From the NCBI GenBank assembly GCA_030390025.1, contig CM059439.1, forward strand, positions 82,522,001-82,586,000: 64,000 bases of DNA, in the 5' to 3' direction. Both the position numbers and the translations under genes were made by a program. Numbering within the stretch: position 1 is the stretch's first letter; every line of letters starts with the position of its first letter. Below the pieces are notes generated by a model. It was not told the origin of the DNA and searched no databases. It was given only the letters and a program-made list of their open reading frames with translations. Below, one piece after another: positions 62,431 through 64,000 of the stretch. This stretch comes from Squalus acanthias (taxonomy: Eukaryota).

Positions 62431-63907
62431 AGCAAATCCTAGCCTGACAATTAATCTTGCTATTCAAGATAAATCAACAGAGCCTGCATACTGAATCCAC
62501 TTAATTCTATCAATCAGAAGACAATTGCCAAAGTGGCCACAAATAACTGTACTAATCTATATTACCAGCTTCTCCTTGCCTGCCCAACGGCACTAATCTG
62601 GTGCAATTCAGTGACCATCATAGTAAATGGGAGGATTGAGTAGCTGCAATACAACGTATACTATAGATGATAACTCTCCTCGACTTGAATTAGCTGTTGG
62701 TCAGAACCACCAACAGGTTCTGGGTGTACATGCAGCAATTATACAACAAACTAGAATATAGGAAGACCCAACTTTTTTGACTTTGTGTGTCACATATGAA
62801 GTTGAAATCAATGATTCTATTAATCTGCATGCACCTCAAGTTGCAGATACTAAATAATCTTGGCAATCTGCCTGACTTTTATACAATTTATGATTCAGGA
62901 TCTAAATTAATGCATGTTCTCTTTCTTTCTTCAAACAGCAAATGAGGCAACAACCTCCAAACTCATGAAATTCAAACAGGACAAGCCAACGAATAAAAAA
63001 CTCAAAGCACAAGTAGAACTGAGTTGCCTGGACTTCACAGTTTGGATAGCCAGGGCTCACTGGGTGCATGCAGACCATTGTTTGGATATACCTGCTGCAG
63101 TGTTTCCATGCACAGGGCACAACGTGGCTGTGTACTGAGAGATTATCCTGGGTTAAATGGTTCAACCAACTGCAGCGCAGGCAAACAGTAACAGTGCTCT
63201 GCAGATGTTGAATTTGAAGGTCTGAAACGAACGAGGTGGAACGGAGGACCGGGGAGAATAACTCATCAGCAGACTTGATGGCAATCTTAAATTGTGACCT
63301 CAGTGAAGGCATGCACACACAAATCACATTGCTGAGTAAGGCCTGAGCATTTTGCAAAAGTTATCGCAAACCCCAAGGGTCAACAACGGTTTGGTTTTGT
63401 GCTATCATCCCAGTTTCTGAATGGGCTTTCCAGAAAGTAATCGAAGAAGCCCAAATAGGTCTTGTAAAAGCAAGGTCAGTTTTTTCCCCCCACACCTGGT
63501 TTACGATGCTTTGGTTTCAGCGATTAATGTTGAAAATTTGTTGAAAACGTTCACAACAGAATCAAAGCAAACCTCAGAACTCGAGTCACAATCTCATTCA
63601 CCCTCTTTGTCCTGTGCCATCCTACCTTGATTTGGACCCGAGAACAGGTGTTAACCCTACTAGGTGCCTTACAACCTTCAACTCCCTCATGACGAGGTTT
63701 TACCTGTTACACAAACGTGTCAATTGCGGCAATCAAAAACACTTCTGCTCTCTAGAATTTTCTATTAAGGAAAAACTTTAAAATGTATGAGAAACTGGTG
63801 AGCAAGCAGATGTTATCTTCCAACACACCTGCCCATCAATTGATGTGTTATGTATACTGAACACATAGGCTTTTTAAAAAGAAACTTGTGAAATTCCACC
63901 GACTTAC

Positions 63908-64000
63908 CAGTAGTACTGAGAGCAGAGCTGGGACTTGGCTGGTCTCCGAGACAGCCATACTCGCCGGAGGACTGCACTGTGCATTGGTGACAAAATGAAA
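63908..64000 (-). CDS. Candidate upstream/alternative first coding exon of RASAL2 (truncated by window edge)
   Basis: Consensus donor CTG|GTAAGT at 63907-63902. The frame is open to the window end (SFCHQCTVQSSGEYGCLGDQPSPSSALSTT+G). The phase-1 G completes GAG(Glu) with the AG that starts exon 49204. Sequence is non-repetitive. Confidence 0.5.

Overview
Eukaryotic, repeat-rich vertebrate DNA, almost certainly from a shark or other cartilaginous fish (DeuSINE/SacSINE1-type SINEs, abundant CR1, L2, RTE and Penelope elements). The whole window appears to be intronic sequence of a minus-strand RasGAP gene, best identified as RASAL2 (nGAP). Two clear coding exons lie at 49104-49204 and 14642-14760, and a candidate in-frame upstream exon runs off the right edge (63908-64000). 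The rest is transposable elements: a full-length RTE LINE with a 13-bp TSD, many CR1 and L2 fragments, a CR1 (Zenon-like) LINE with a tRNA-like head shared with a SINE, a Penelope cluster, a decayed two-gene PIF/Harbinger transposon, hAT-type MITEs and a G-rich 27-bp minisatellite with assembly gaps. The most striking items are two ~210-bp non-coding palindromic insertions (12728-12944, 46087-46293) with TSDs and minimal hammerhead ribozyme cores, probably derived from Penelope pseudo-LTRs. There are no prokaryotic systems, CRISPR arrays or rRNA/tRNA genes. Family names come from recognition without database searches, and boundaries of old repeats are approximate.
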